NCBI GenBank assembly: GCA_030691075.1
Contig: JAUYFI010000187.1
Coordinates: forward strand, 387 to 64,386
Reading direction: 5' to 3'
Length of the DNA: 64,000 nucleotides
Source of the DNA: Sulfurisoma sp.
GTDB taxonomy: Bacteria > Pseudomonadota > Gammaproteobacteria > Burkholderiales > Rhodocyclaceae
Shown in pieces: positions 50,359 through 59,281 of this stretch. The position numbers and the translations under genes are program-made. A model generated the notes under the pieces. The model saw only the letters and a program-made list of their open reading frames with translations, ran no database searches and was not told the DNA's origin. How positions within the stretch are numbered: position 1 is the first letter of the stretch; each line of letters opens with the position of its first letter.

Positions 50359-52389
50359 TTAATTGCTACTGGATGTGCCTGGCAGATTCGCCAGTTGCTG
50401 TGTCAGATACGAGGATGTCTGCTGCATCGAGGCGATCAGGCCGTCGAGTGCGTTGAACTGCGCCCGATAGCGTTTTTCGATGCTCTCCAGGCGCAGGTTG
50501 AGGGTGGATCGCTGGTCGGCGATGTCCTTGATCGAGGAGTCGATGCCGCCGGTACGGGTGGCGATCGAACCTGTGCTGCCGAGCATCTGGTCGAGCGCCT
50601 TGTCGAGTTGATAGGCAATGCCGAAAGAAAACCCGACAGTGCCGCGGGCGCCCGTGCCGCTGCCGTCGATCAGCAGTTGCAAACCGCTGGCATCGCCGGA
50701 GCCGGTCAGCAACTGGCCGGCTCCGCTGGCGGCCACGCCGCCGATTTCTCCCGCCACATCGACCCCGGTAACGCTGCTGGTCGATGCGCCGAACAGCCCG
50801 CTCGTCGCCGTGCCGCCGGTAACCTCCACGTTCGATGTGGAACCGTAGCGACTGGAATTGAGCACCAGCCGGCTGCTGCCATCCAGCGCAACGGTGACCT
50901 TGCTGCCCTGACCCAGGTAAGTGCTGTCGCTGTTGATGCGAGTTTGCAATTCGGCCACCAGCCCGCTGGTCGAATAGCTGCCGGGTGTCAGCGTAATGGT
51001 GGTCGTGGTGCCGTCGAGCTTCAGTGTCAGCGTGTCATTGACTCCGGCGGTGATGACTGTCGTCGCGCCCAGTGCCGATGCGCCCGTCGCCGTGCCGCGC
51101 GTGGCCGCCTGTGTCAGGTTGATGCCATAGCGCCCGGCCCGGGTGCTGGCCGACGACCCGGCATAGCTGACCAGGCTGTCGCTGGTCACGCCCAGGGTGG
51201 CAAACAGGCTGCCCACGTTCTTGGTGCTGTCCGCCAGCACGGCATCCAGCTTCGAACTGTTGAGCAACAGCGTGCCATCCTTCTGGAAGGAAATACCGAG
51301 GTCGGACGTGGAACTCAGCCCGCCGTCCGCATAGGGAAGCTGCTGGCTGACGATCGCGCGCATTTGGGCCTGCACCGAGCGCAGGGCGGTGTCGCCCAGC
51401 AACAGCCCGCCTTTCTGAGTCTCGAAATTGTAACCACCCAGATCCTTCATCGTGGCCGCGAGCTCGTTGTAGGACTTGACGAAATCCTCGACGGCCGTCT
51501 TGACTCCGGTCGTCTCGCGCGCCACGGTCAGTTGCGTCGGGCTGCCCGCGTTCGTCTTCAGCAGGTTCAGCGTCAGGCCCGAAATCGCGTCGCCGATGTT
51601 GTTGGTCGGCTTGGTGATCGTGATGCCGTCGATTTTCAGGATCGCGCTTTTCGCGGCGACGGTCTGCTCCATGTTCTTGCCGCTGCCCGCAGCGGCGGTC
51701 GGATTGTAGGCCAGTTGCGAAAGCCCGGCGGTATCCGTGTTGGTGCCGCCCGTACCCTCATTCACCGTGATCCGCAGGGAATTTTCCGCGCCGGAGGTGG
51801 TGCTCGACAGCACCAGGCGATAACCGCTGCCGTCGTTGATGATGCTGGCCGCGACGCCGGCGTTCGCTGCATTGACGGCATCGCGGATGCCCGAAAGCGA
51901 ATTGTTGGTACTGTCGATCGTGATTGTCTTGGCGGCCTTGTTGGCGTTGAGCGTGAATGTGTTGCCACCACTGTCGTAGGTGCCGAACTCCATCGTCAGC
52001 GTGCCGGTGCCGATGGCGGTTGCCGGGTCGGCAAAGCCGGCCCCCGCGCTCGGCGGTGCCGAAATCTTGTGCGACTCGGCGAGTTGGGTAACCTCGACGC
52101 CGTAGCTGCCCGGCTTGGCGATGCTGGTGGTCGTCGCCGAAAGCACCGCCGCATCGGCCGCCGTCGCCTTGGTCGTATTGAATTTTGTGGGCGTGGCCAA
52201 GCCGCGCACCGCCGTTTGCAGGGACGACAATGCGCCTTTCAGCGTGCCATAGGCGGTCAGTTTGGCCTGGTGGTTCGCTTCCTTCGTATCCAGCTTTTTG
52301 AGCGGAAGCTTCTCGACATCCATCAGCTTGGTGATCAAGCCGTTGATGTCCAGTCCCGAACCGATGCCCGGAGAAGAGAGTCCTGCCAT
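50359..52389 (-). CDS. fliD: Filament cap FliD (676 aa)
   Basis: SSPGIGSGLDI, FVKSYN, RYRAQFNALD. Confidence 0.96.
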   Translation of the reverse strand: MAGLSSPGIGSGLDINGLITKLMDVEKLPLKKLDTKEANHQAKLTAYGTLKGALSSLQTAVRGLATPTKFNTTKATAADAAVLSATTTSIAKPGSYGVEVTQLAESHKISAPPSAGAGFADPATAIGTGTLTMEFGTYDSGGNTFTLNANKAAKTITIDSTNNSLSGIRDAVNAANAGVAASIINDGSGYRLVLSSTTSGAENSLRITVNEGTGGTNTDTAGLSQLAYNPTAAAGSGKNMEQTVAAKSAILKIDGITITKPTNNIGDAISGLTLNLLKTNAGSPTQLTVARETTGVKTAVEDFVKSYNELAATMKDLGGYNFETQKGGLLLGDTALRSVQAQMRAIVSQQLPYADGGLSSTSDLGISFQKDGTLLLNSSKLDAVLADSTKNVGSLFATLGVTSDSLVSYAGSSASTRAGRYGINLTQAATRGTATGASALGATTVITAGVNDTLTLKLDGTTTTITLTPGSYSTSGLVAELQTRINSDSTYLGQGSKVTVALDGSSRLVLNSSRYGSTSNVEVTGGTATSGLFGASTSSVTGVDVAGEIGGVAASGAGQLLTGSGDASGLQLLIDGSGTGARGTVGFSFGIAYQLDKALDQMLGSTGSIATRTGGIDSSIKDIADQRSTLNLRLESIEKRYRAQFNALDGLIASMQQTSSYLTQQLANLPGTSSSN

Positions 52390-52411
52390 ATTCGATTACC
52401 TCGTTTGCTCT

Positions 52412-52438
52412 ATAACGGCAGCCGCGACAATTTCTTGA
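52412..52438 (-). promoter_or_regulatory. sigma28 promoter of fliDST
   Basis: TCAAG-N14-GCCGTTAT. Confidence 0.75.
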
Positions 52439-52440
52439 AA

Positions 52441-52618
52441 AATGGGTATCTCCTTGACGCACGTAGTATTACGTTTCAGCAAACCAGTTGCCGTTCGCGG
52501 TGAGCTTGTCGAACCGCTGGTTCCGCGCCAGCACTGGCCTTCGACAAGCTCAGGCCGAACGGCGTCTTGTGGTTTTTTGGTGAATCGATCTGCTACGTGC
52601 GTGAAGGAGATACCCATT
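52441..52618. mobile_element. MITE, 178 bp, with 26-bp TIRs, 8-bp TSD and the same 72-bp core
   Basis: AATGGGTATCTCCTT(G/C)ACGCACGTAG inverted at both ends (1 mismatch); TCTTGAAA at 52433-52440 and 52619-52626; core at 52491-52562. Confidence 0.85.
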
Positions 52619-52639
52619 TCTTGAAATAACTCTACACCC

Positions 52640-52663
52640 GCCGTCCCGCCAGCGCCGACTTTT
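52640..52663 (+). repeat. 24-nt dispersed repeat B
   Basis: GCCGTCCCGCCAGCGCCGACTTTT, exact consensus. Confidence 0.9.
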
Positions 52664-52667
52664 TAAC

Positions 52668-52695
52668 AAAAAGGCCCGCGCCGTGGCGCGGGCCT
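52668..52695 (-). terminator. Intrinsic terminator of flagellin 1
   Basis: AGGCCCGCGCC/GGCGCGGGCCT stem followed by a T-run on the minus strand. Confidence 0.8.
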
Positions 52696-52715
52696 CGGCA
52701 CATCGCTCAAATCGT

Positions 52716-55301
52716 TTAGCGCTGCAGCAACTGCATCACCTGGTTGGGCAGGGCGTTGGCCTGGGCCAGCATCGCCACGCCGGCTTGTTGCAGGATCTGC
52801 GCGCGGGTCAGCGCCGCCGTCTCGGCCGCGAAGTCCGAATCCTGAATCCGCGAGCGGGCGGCGGTGAGGTTTTCCGCGGTCGTGTTCAGGTTCGATATCG
52901 TCGACTGGAAGCGGTTTTGCACCGCGCCCAGGTCGGCGCGGATGCTGTTGATGCGCGCCAGCGCGCCGTCGGCGATGTCGATGGCGCGGTTGGCACCGTT
53001 GTTCGTGCTGATGTCGACCGAATTCAGTGTCTGCTTGACGCTGGCCTGCAGTTCACTCGACAGACCCGTGAAAAGTCCACCCGCCGTCGCGGCAATCGAG
53101 CTCTTCAGGCTGAAATAGCCGGCCACCGACTTGAATTCCACCTCGCCGCCGACGACTGTCGAGTCGGTGGCAATGCCGGTGCCCTCGGTGAGGGTGACGG
53201 CGGTGGTGCCGGCGAGGCCGGTGATGCGCATGCTGGCGTTGGCCGTGGCGGAGTGGGTGAAATCCTGGATCTTGATGTTCTCGCCGCTGGCATGCAGCAG
53301 GTCGATCCGGGTCTTGGTGATGTCGAGGGTGGCGACGATGCCGGTGGCGCCGGTCTTGGAGTTGATCGCGCTGGCCAGTTCGGTCAGGTCGGTGGGCGTG
53401 ACGTTGGCCGAGATGTCCTTGCCGTTGAGGTTGAAGGACACCACGCCGGCGGTGGAGAGGTTGGAGATCGTCGCGGTGGTGCGGGCAGTCGCCTGCACGC
53501 CGGTCTGGTCGGCGACGGCATTGACCAGTGCGGCGATTTCCTTGGCGGAGGAATTCTCGGCGATGGTGACGGACGAGGTGACCGTGCCGTTGATGGTCAT
53601 GGTTTGCGCGGCGACGTAGTTGCCGCCGGTGGTGTCGGCGAGACCGACGCCGGCCGTGAGCGTGGCATTGGTTGTCGCGGCGGCGTTGAGGATGCTCCCG
53701 GCGCCAACGGCGACAGTCGACTGGATGTTGTAACCGGGGTCGAGCAGCACGGTGACCTGGCCGACCTTCACGGCCGAGTCCGTGGTGCCGTTATCGGTCA
53801 GAGTGCGGCCGGCGAAGGTCATCGTGTCGGTGGTAACCGCGGTGGGCGTCACCGTGCTGGCAACGACTCCAGCTTCCGTCAGGAGTGCGGCGGTGGGCGC
53901 ACCGCCCGAAATGCTGGCGGCCACCGCCAGGGTCGAGTTGCCCGCGCCGGCGGTGATCGTGCTAAAGGCGGTCAGCGCAATGGCCGTGCCGTCGGTCTTG
54001 AGTATCTGGACCTGACCGGCGGCGGGCTGCGAAATCGTGTAGCTGGCGCCCAGGGCGGTATCGATCGCGGCGGCCCAGTTGGTGTAGAAAGTGTTGTTGA
54101 CCGCAGTGGCGGTGACGTCGCCAGCCAGCAGGGTGTAGTTGACCGCCGTACCGTCGATGGTGATGGAAACGCTGTCGGCGGCCGCGTAGGTTGTAGTGCC
54201 GAGGCCGCTCAAGATCATGCCGGCATTGTCTTGCACCAGGAAGTTCTGCACGCCGATGTTCTTGCCGGCCGCGCTGGTGACGGTCTGGGAGGTGGCGTCC
54301 CAAGTCAGATCGGTATTGCCATTGGTGGTATTAATGGCACCCACTGCGGTAGACACGGCGCTGTTGAAATCGTTGACGAAGGTGCTGGCGGCGATCTGGA
54401 AGGAAATATTGCTGGTCGCGCCGCCATCGCCGGTGGTCAGGGTGAACTTGTAGGTGTCGCCATCGACAGCGCCCGGCGGAAGGGCGGCGACGCTGAAGGC
54501 GGCGGCGTTGGCGGCGGCGGAGGCGGACACGCCGGTCATGGCATTCAAGGATGAGGCGATGGCGGCGGCATCCCGGTTGCTGTTGGCGGCGCTGATCGTG
54601 AGCGGCTGGACGGCGCCGGTAGAGTCGATCACGTTAACGGTCTGGGTGGTAATCAGGGTGCCGAGCGCGGTAGTGACATCCGCGTTGGCGGCGGAAACGA
54701 CGTTCAGGGCCGTGGAACTCATCCCCACGCTCGACCCGCTTGTCGCCACCTGGATGCCCTGCGTCGTATTGTTCGCGGTCAGCTTGTTGATGCCCAGCGT
54801 CTGCGAATCGGCGCCGGACACGGACACCGAAATCGTCTGATTGGCTTCCGCGCCCACCTGGAAGTTTTGCGCCACGAAGTCGCCGTCCAGCAGCTTCAGG
54901 CCGTTGAACGACGTTGTCGTGGCGATCCGGTCGAGCTCGGCGACCAGTTGATTGACTTCGGATTGCAGGGCCAGCCGGTCCGAGGCGGAGTTGGTGGCGT
55001 TGGCGGACTGGACGGCGAGTTCGCGCACACGCTGCAAGATGTTGTTGGTCTCGCCCAGCGCGCCTTCGGCGACCTGCGCCAGCGAAATGCCGTCGTTGGA
55101 ATTGCGGGTCGCCTGATTGAGGCCGCGCACCTGGGAACTCATGCGGTCGGCGATGGCCATGCCGGCGGCGTCGTCCTTGGCGCTGTTGATGCGCAAGCCG
55201 GAGGAAAGCCGCTGCAGCGAGGTCGCCAGCGCGCCCTGAGAGGTATTCAGATTGCGCTGGGCGTTCAGCGACGCGATGTTGGTATTAATTACCTGTGGCA
55301 T
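52716..55301 (-). CDS. fliC: Flagellin (861 aa, large central domains)
   Basis: [56 protein letters not shown]. Confidence 0.97.
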   Translation of the reverse strand: MPQVINTNIASLNAQRNLNTSQGALATSLQRLSSGLRINSAKDDAAGMAIADRMSSQVRGLNQATRNSNDGISLAQVAEGALGETNNILQRVRELAVQSANATNSASDRLALQSEVNQLVAELDRIATTTSFNGLKLLDGDFVAQNFQVGAEANQTISVSVSGADSQTLGINKLTANNTTQGIQVATSGSSVGMSSTALNVVSAANADVTTALGTLITTQTVNVIDSTGAVQPLTISAANSNRDAAAIASSLNAMTGVSASAAANAAAFSVAALPPGAVDGDTYKFTLTTGDGGATSNISFQIAASTFVNDFNSAVSTAVGAINTTNGNTDLTWDATSQTVTSAAGKNIGVQNFLVQDNAGMILSGLGTTTYAAADSVSITIDGTAVNYTLLAGDVTATAVNNTFYTNWAAAIDTALGASYTISQPAAGQVQILKTDGTAIALTAFSTITAGAGNSTLAVAASISGGAPTAALLTEAGVVASTVTPTAVTTDTMTFAGRTLTDNGTTDSAVKVGQVTVLLDPGYNIQSTVAVGAGSILNAAATTNATLTAGVGLADTTGGNYVAAQTMTINGTVTSSVTIAENSSAKEIAALVNAVADQTGVQATARTTATISNLSTAGVVSFNLNGKDISANVTPTDLTELASAINSKTGATGIVATLDITKTRIDLLHASGENIKIQDFTHSATANASMRITGLAGTTAVTLTEGTGIATDSTVVGGEVEFKSVAGYFSLKSSIAATAGGLFTGLSSELQASVKQTLNSVDISTNNGANRAIDIADGALARINSIRADLGAVQNRFQSTISNLNTTAENLTAARSRIQDSDFAAETAALTRAQILQQAGVAMLAQANALPNQVMQLLQR

Positions 55302-55381
55302 TTCTGGCTCCTTTCCGTCCGACCGGTGTGCATCCAGAATAATCGTTGGATGCGCTCAAGTTTCCTGCTCGACGGACGTGT

Positions 55382-55397
55382 AGCAGCTAGCGTGCCA
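55382..55397 (-). promoter_or_regulatory. Putative sigma54 promoter of flagellin 1
   Basis: TGGCACGCTAGCTGCT (GG-N10-GC); CGGCAAGCATTGCCG at 55484-55498 upstream. Confidence 0.7.
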
Positions 55398-55534
55398 GCG
55401 GGCTTTAACGCTGAACAAAGGGGGGAAAGTATTTCTGTTTGCCGCCATGAGGTCGTCCCGTGCGGCAAAAAGCGATGCTCGGGCGGCAAGCATTGCCGGA
55501 CGTGGGTCGATTATCCGCGGGGCGCCGACGCCAG

Positions 55535-55556
55535 GCCGTCCCGCCGGCGCCGACTT
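55535..55556 (+). repeat. Dispersed repeat B (variant)
   Basis: GCCGTCCCGCCGGCGCCGACTT. Confidence 0.8.
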
Positions 55557-55567
55557 GCGAAGCGCCA

Positions 55568-55948
55568 TCAAACCATGCGAACCAGCCCGCCATAGGCCGC
55601 GACCTGGGCATCGGCGGTCAGCAGTGCCATTGTCTCCGTCATGGACTGCGCGACGAGCAGGCGATCGAATGGATCTTTGTGCCGCATGGGGAGTTCGGTC
55701 GTCGCCACGATATGCGCCGGCTGGATGGGCAGCAGGCGTATTGCGGCGTCCTCGATTGCGCCAAGAAAATCCCGGGGGGAGACCGGGAGCTTGTCGAGCC
55801 GGTGTTTGATAGCGACTTCCCACAGGCTGACCAGGCTGATGTGGCATCGGCTGGAACGGATCAAGTCGCGTTCTGGCTCCGGCAAACGCTCGTCGGCGGT
55901 AAACCACCAGAGAGCGATATGCGTATCGAGCAGCAAGGCGGGTTTCAT
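55568..55948 (-). CDS. vapC: VapC/PIN toxin
   Basis: LLLDTHIALWW, SLWEVAIK, HKDPFDRLL. Confidence 0.93.
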   Translation of the reverse strand: MKPALLLDTHIALWWFTADERLPEPERDLIRSSRCHISLVSLWEVAIKHRLDKLPVSPRDFLGAIEDAAIRLLPIQPAHIVATTELPMRHKDPFDRLLVAQSMTETMALLTADAQVAAYGGLVRMV

Positions 55949-56196
55949 GTGTCTTCCTCGCCCAGAAAAAGCGCCGCCACCTCGGCTTCGACTTCCGGGG
56001 TAAAGGCCGCATCCAGCGCGCCGGGAGAAAGCTTGAGGCAGCCGAATCCCCGCGTGGCGGGCGATGTATCGGTCACCGGCACCAGGCGCACGGCGGGTTT
56101 GCCTGCCCGGGCGATCAAAACCTCTTCACCGTCAAGTGCCGACTGGACCAGTTGGGATAGACGGGTCTTGGCTTCGTAAAGGTTGTATTGCTGCAT
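55945..56196 (-). CDS. Phd/YefM antitoxin
   Basis: NLYEAKTRLSQLV...GEEVLIARAGKPAVRLVP; overlaps the toxin start. Confidence 0.92.
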   Translation of the reverse strand: MQQYNLYEAKTRLSQLVQSALDGEEVLIARAGKPAVRLVPVTDTSPATRGFGCLKLSPGALDAAFTPEVEAEVAALFLGEEDT

Positions 56197-56259
56197 GGTG
56201 CGATCCCTTAGGTTGGTTGGTCTAGTCTATCCCTCCAGACCCATTTGTCAAACAGGATT

Positions 56260-56282
56260 GCCGTCCCGCCAGCGCCGACTTT
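56260..56282 (+). repeat. Dispersed repeat B
   Basis: GCCGTCCCGCCAGCGCCGACTTT. Confidence 0.88.
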
Positions 56283-56358
56283 CTTGAGCTTGACTTCGTG
56301 TGTGTCTCGCTCCATGATTCCAATGTCGAATATAGCTAGCTAGCTCAAGGAGGGTGCC

Positions 56359-56595
56359 ATGCAATCCGTGCCGATCTATCAACTGAAAAATGAATTATCG
56401 AAATTTATCCAACGGGTCGAAGCGGGTGAGGAAATTTCGGTTACCCGTCGTGGAACCGTGGTTGCGCGACTTGTGCCGAGCGATAAGGGGAGGGAGCCCG
56501 GTTACGCCGAGCGTATTCGCGCCGCGCGCCAACGGTTTGAACATGTCGAACCGTTCGATGAGCGCGAGTTGAGGGAAGCGGGCCGCAAATGGTAG
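56359..56595 (+). CDS. Phd/YefM antitoxin
   Basis: LKNELSKFIQRVEAGEEISVTRRGTVVARLVP; AGGAGG RBS; TAGCTAGCTA palindrome upstream. Confidence 0.9.
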   Translation: MQSVPIYQLKNELSKFIQRVEAGEEISVTRRGTVVARLVPSDKGREPGYAERIRAARQRFEHVEPFDERELREAGRKW

Positions 56596-57029
56596 CTCCG
56601 GCATCGCGGACGGACGAGTTGGTGGTCCCGGCGTTTGTCGTCGATAACTCGGTGGTCGTTGCCTGGGCTTACCCTCGACAGGCGACGACATACACCGAAG
56701 CTCTGCTCGAACGATCGGGGGGTAGCGCGCTTTATACGGCATTTATCTGGCCCGCCGAATTTGCCAATGCAACGCACATGCTGGTAAATCGTGGCTTGTT
56801 GAGCGAGGAACTGGGCGCCGAGATGCTTGTGTTGGCGGAAAGTTTCGGTCTTCTGGTGGAGCGGGCGCCCGCCCCTGGCCGGATTTACAAGCTCAGCCGC
56901 CAGCATCGGCTGTCGGCCTACGATGCCGCGTACCTGGAGCTTGCCACGCGCATGAGCATTCCACTTGCCACGCGTGACACGGCGCTTAAAGCCGCCGCCG
57001 AAAGCATGGGCTTGTATCTCGCCCCATAG
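56589..57029 (+). CDS. vapC: VapC/PIN toxin
   Basis: FVVDNSVVVAW, EFAN, LSAYDAAYLELA, LATRD; start uncertain. Confidence 0.9.
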   Translation: MVAPASRTDELVVPAFVVDNSVVVAWAYPRQATTYTEALLERSGGSALYTAFIWPAEFANATHMLVNRGLLSEELGAEMLVLAESFGLLVERAPAPGRIYKLSRQHRLSAYDAAYLELATRMSIPLATRDTALKAAAESMGLYLAP

Positions 57030-57035
57030 CGTGGC

Positions 57036-57059
57036 GCCGTCCCGCCAGCGCCGACTTTT
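57036..57059 (+). repeat. 24-nt dispersed repeat B between convergent vapC genes
   Basis: Exact consensus; abuts the stop codon at 57060-57062. Confidence 0.9.
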
Positions 57060-57470
57060 CTACCCCGGTTTCCATAGCCCGACCCCGGAAGCCAGTGCCG
57101 CCTCGCGCAGGGCGGCATCCTGCGTTGCGATCGGCAGTTGCAAGCGCAGCGCCAGATCGAGATAAGCGGCATCGTAGCTGGTGAGGTTGTAACGCAGGGC
57201 AAGCGCCAGGTTTTCGGACGGATCGGCCGTTCCGCCATGCACCACCACGGACAATTCGGCCTGGAAACGCAAGATTTCCTGCGCGCGCGCCTCGTCGATT
57301 TTCCTCCCCGTCAGCGCCTTGCGCAGCACATTGGAAAATTCCAGTGGCCAAAGGGCGGGGGCATGGGCAATGTCGTCGACCAGTCGATCCAGCACGGCCT
57401 CGGCGTATGGCGTCGATTGGCCGCGAAAGTGCCAGCCCGCGACCACCGAGTTATCCACGACGAAAGGCAT
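57060..57470 (-). CDS. vapC: VapC/PIN toxin
   Basis: MPFVVDNSVVAGW, EFSN, LTSYDAAYLDLA, IATQD. Confidence 0.92.
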   Translation of the reverse strand: MPFVVDNSVVAGWHFRGQSTPYAEAVLDRLVDDIAHAPALWPLEFSNVLRKALTGRKIDEARAQEILRFQAELSVVVHGGTADPSENLALALRYNLTSYDAAYLDLALRLQLPIATQDAALREAALASGVGLWKPG

Positions 57471-57724
57471 CAGTCGCGCCCTTCCTCGATCGCGGCCCGC
57501 AGGTCGAAATCCTGCCGCGGCTGAAGGTCGCGCGCGTTGCGGCATTCCTCGATCAATTTTCGCCGTGCCGTGCAGGCCGCTGCGTCGTGCTCGTGCCGCC
57601 GATAGGGGACGATGCGGGCGATAGGCTCTCCACGCTTGGTTATGGTGAACTCTTCCCCACGTTCCACGGCTGCAAGAATTTGCGAGAGGCGCGATTTAGC
57701 CTCGAAGACGGCGACGGCTTCCAT
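57470..57724 (-). CDS. Phd/YefM antitoxin
   Basis: FEAKSRLSQIL..VERGEEFTITKRGEPIARIVP; TGATG overlap with the toxin. Confidence 0.92.
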   Translation of the reverse strand: MEAVAVFEAKSRLSQILAAVERGEEFTITKRGEPIARIVPYRRHEHDAAACTARRKLIEECRNARDLQPRQDFDLRAAIEEGRD

Positions 57725-57814
57725 GACGATTCCCCATTAGATCGGACTAGCTAACCAGATTCTAGCTTGTTTTTGTTGCCATGCAAGGCTGATATTCCTT
57801 TGGACGCACCCACG

Positions 57815-57844
57815 AAAAAAAGCCCGCGCGAGGCGGGCCTTCTT
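57815..57844. terminator. Intrinsic terminator
   Basis: AAAAAAAGCCCGC-GCGAG-GCGGGCCTTCTT. Confidence 0.7.
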
Positions 57845-57870
57845 CGACTGCGCGAACGCTCTTGCCGTGC

Positions 57871-57888
57871 GCCTACGCCTTCTGCTTC
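57871..57888. repeat. 18-bp duplicate of the flaG 3' end (att-like)
   Basis: GCCTACGCCTTCTGCTTC, identical to 58846-58863. Confidence 0.85.
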
Positions 57889-57942
57889 CGTGAAAAAAGG
57901 GGCCCCTTTTCCGTACCCGCCGACCGGGCCTGATTGCGACCC

Positions 57943-58236
57943 TCAGGCCGTTTTGTGCGCCTTCACATATTCCAGTAGCGCCGCGTCCACGCGCGTCTGC
58001 CATCCGGGGCCGCCGGTCTTGAAGTAGTCGACCACCTCCGACGACAGGCGGATCGCCGTGGCGACCTTCTTCGGCGCTTTCTGCGCGCCCCGCTGGCCGG
58101 GGCGTCGCACTACCGCCGCTTTCCAAAACGCCTCGACGGCGGCGGCATCGTTCGGATCGTAAGGATCGACGGCTGGATCGAACGACACCGGCACATCGGC
58201 CACCGCCTCGTGCTTGACGCGATCCCAGTCAGTCAT
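57943..58236 (-). CDS. brnA: BrnA-family antitoxin (orphan)
   Basis: TDWDRV, RGAQKAP, IRLSSEVVDYFKTGGPGWQTRVDAAL. Confidence 0.88.
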   Translation of the reverse strand: MTDWDRVKHEAVADVPVSFDPAVDPYDPNDAAAVEAFWKAAVVRRPGQRGAQKAPKKVATAIRLSSEVVDYFKTGGPGWQTRVDAALLEYVKAHKTA

Positions 58237-58267
58237 TTTGTATAAACAATAAATAGGCGGAGCGGAT

Positions 58268-58284
58268 CGCCGGCGCCGACTTTT
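58268..58284 (+). repeat. Truncated repeat B
   Basis: CGCCGGCGCCGACTTTT. Confidence 0.6.
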
Positions 58285-58358
58285 GACTGGACAAGCACGT
58301 CAACCTGGCTTGATCTTTGCTAGGCACGGGGTGAGCGGAATTTTTCATGGAGGCCAAT

Positions 58359-58775
58359 ATGCCTGTACTCCCCAGCGGACGCCGGATCGAGTTTTCCCTG
58401 GACCGGTTTCACACCCTGTTGGCGCGAATGGATGGCGGTCGGGCGGAATGGATCGCCGAAGCCCTGCACGACCCCGACGATCTGTTTTTCGTTCTCGACG
58501 CAGTGCATTTCAGCCGGGAGGACGGGACGCCCTATTTTGCCGATTACGTCGCCGCCGAGTGGATGACCTGCGCGGCTGACTGGAGCACGGCAGACCGGCA
58601 ATCTTTGCAGGCATGGCTGGCATCGGCCGGGTCGCGCCGTTCCCGCGCGGAGGCGATCGACTATATCCGGTCGCTTGTGCTCGATCACCAGGATAGTTAT
58701 GTTGCGCATCCCTACCAGCTCGTGCATCAGGCGCGCTACCCATGCGCCGTCGAGGGATCGTTGTTGCGGCAGTGA
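58359..58775 (+). CDS. Hypothetical protein (138 aa)
   Basis: GGAGG RBS before ATG (MPVLPSGRRIEF); globular-looking composition; no recognised motif. Confidence 0.65.
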   Translation: MPVLPSGRRIEFSLDRFHTLLARMDGGRAEWIAEALHDPDDLFFVLDAVHFSREDGTPYFADYVAAEWMTCAADWSTADRQSLQAWLASAGSRRSRAEAIDYIRSLVLDHQDSYVAHPYQLVHQARYPCAVEGSLLRQ

Positions 58776-58847
58776 CCAGGGATTCCAACGCGAAAATCCC
58801 GCGCCGACATGCCGTCGGGCGGGCTTCCGGTTTGTTGCGTGGCGTGC

Positions 58848-59204
58848 CTACGCCTTCTGCTTCAACAGCATTCCTTGCATCCTGTCCAGCGAGCGGGCGA
58901 TTTCCAGCAATTCCTTGGAAGGAATCTGGCGGATCATTTCACCGGTCTGGGCATCGGTGACCCGGACGACGGTCTTGCCGGAACCATCGTCGATCGAGAA
59001 CTGCAAGCTGTTCGGCGCGGTGGTCTCGATCATCTGTTTCATCGCCTCCATCGCCATTTGCACTTGCTCTCGGCTCGGCTGCTGTTGCTGCGGAACGGGC
59101 TCGGGCACGACCACCGACGCCTTGGCGGCCGGGGCGGACTCGCCCTGCGGGGCGGCCGGCAGCGGCGGTGGGCTGCCGGAATTGCTGATCGTATTGATTG
59201 CCAT
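58848..59204 (-). CDS. flaG: Flagellar protein FlaG
   Basis: LQFSIDD..GKTVVRVTD..TGEMIRQIPSKE. Confidence 0.95.
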   Translation of the reverse strand: MAINTISNSGSPPPLPAAPQGESAPAAKASVVVPEPVPQQQQPSREQVQMAMEAMKQMIETTAPNSLQFSIDDGSGKTVVRVTDAQTGEMIRQIPSKELLEIARSLDRMQGMLLKQKA

Positions 59205-59281
59205 GGTTTTTCTCCTTGCCTGGGTCGGCGGTGGGGTTGCCCCCACCGCTTTCCATTAACTAGACACTATTCCCTTTTCCA

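Noticed and set aside
52396-52624. Two short opposing ORFs both starting MGIS
   Set aside because: By-products of the MITE terminal inverted repeats
55535-58284. Repeat B as a CRISPR repeat or integron attC
   Set aside because: Spacing is 700-1200 nt, there are no RYYYAAC/GTTRRRY boxes or long palindrome, and no integrase or cas gene is in the window
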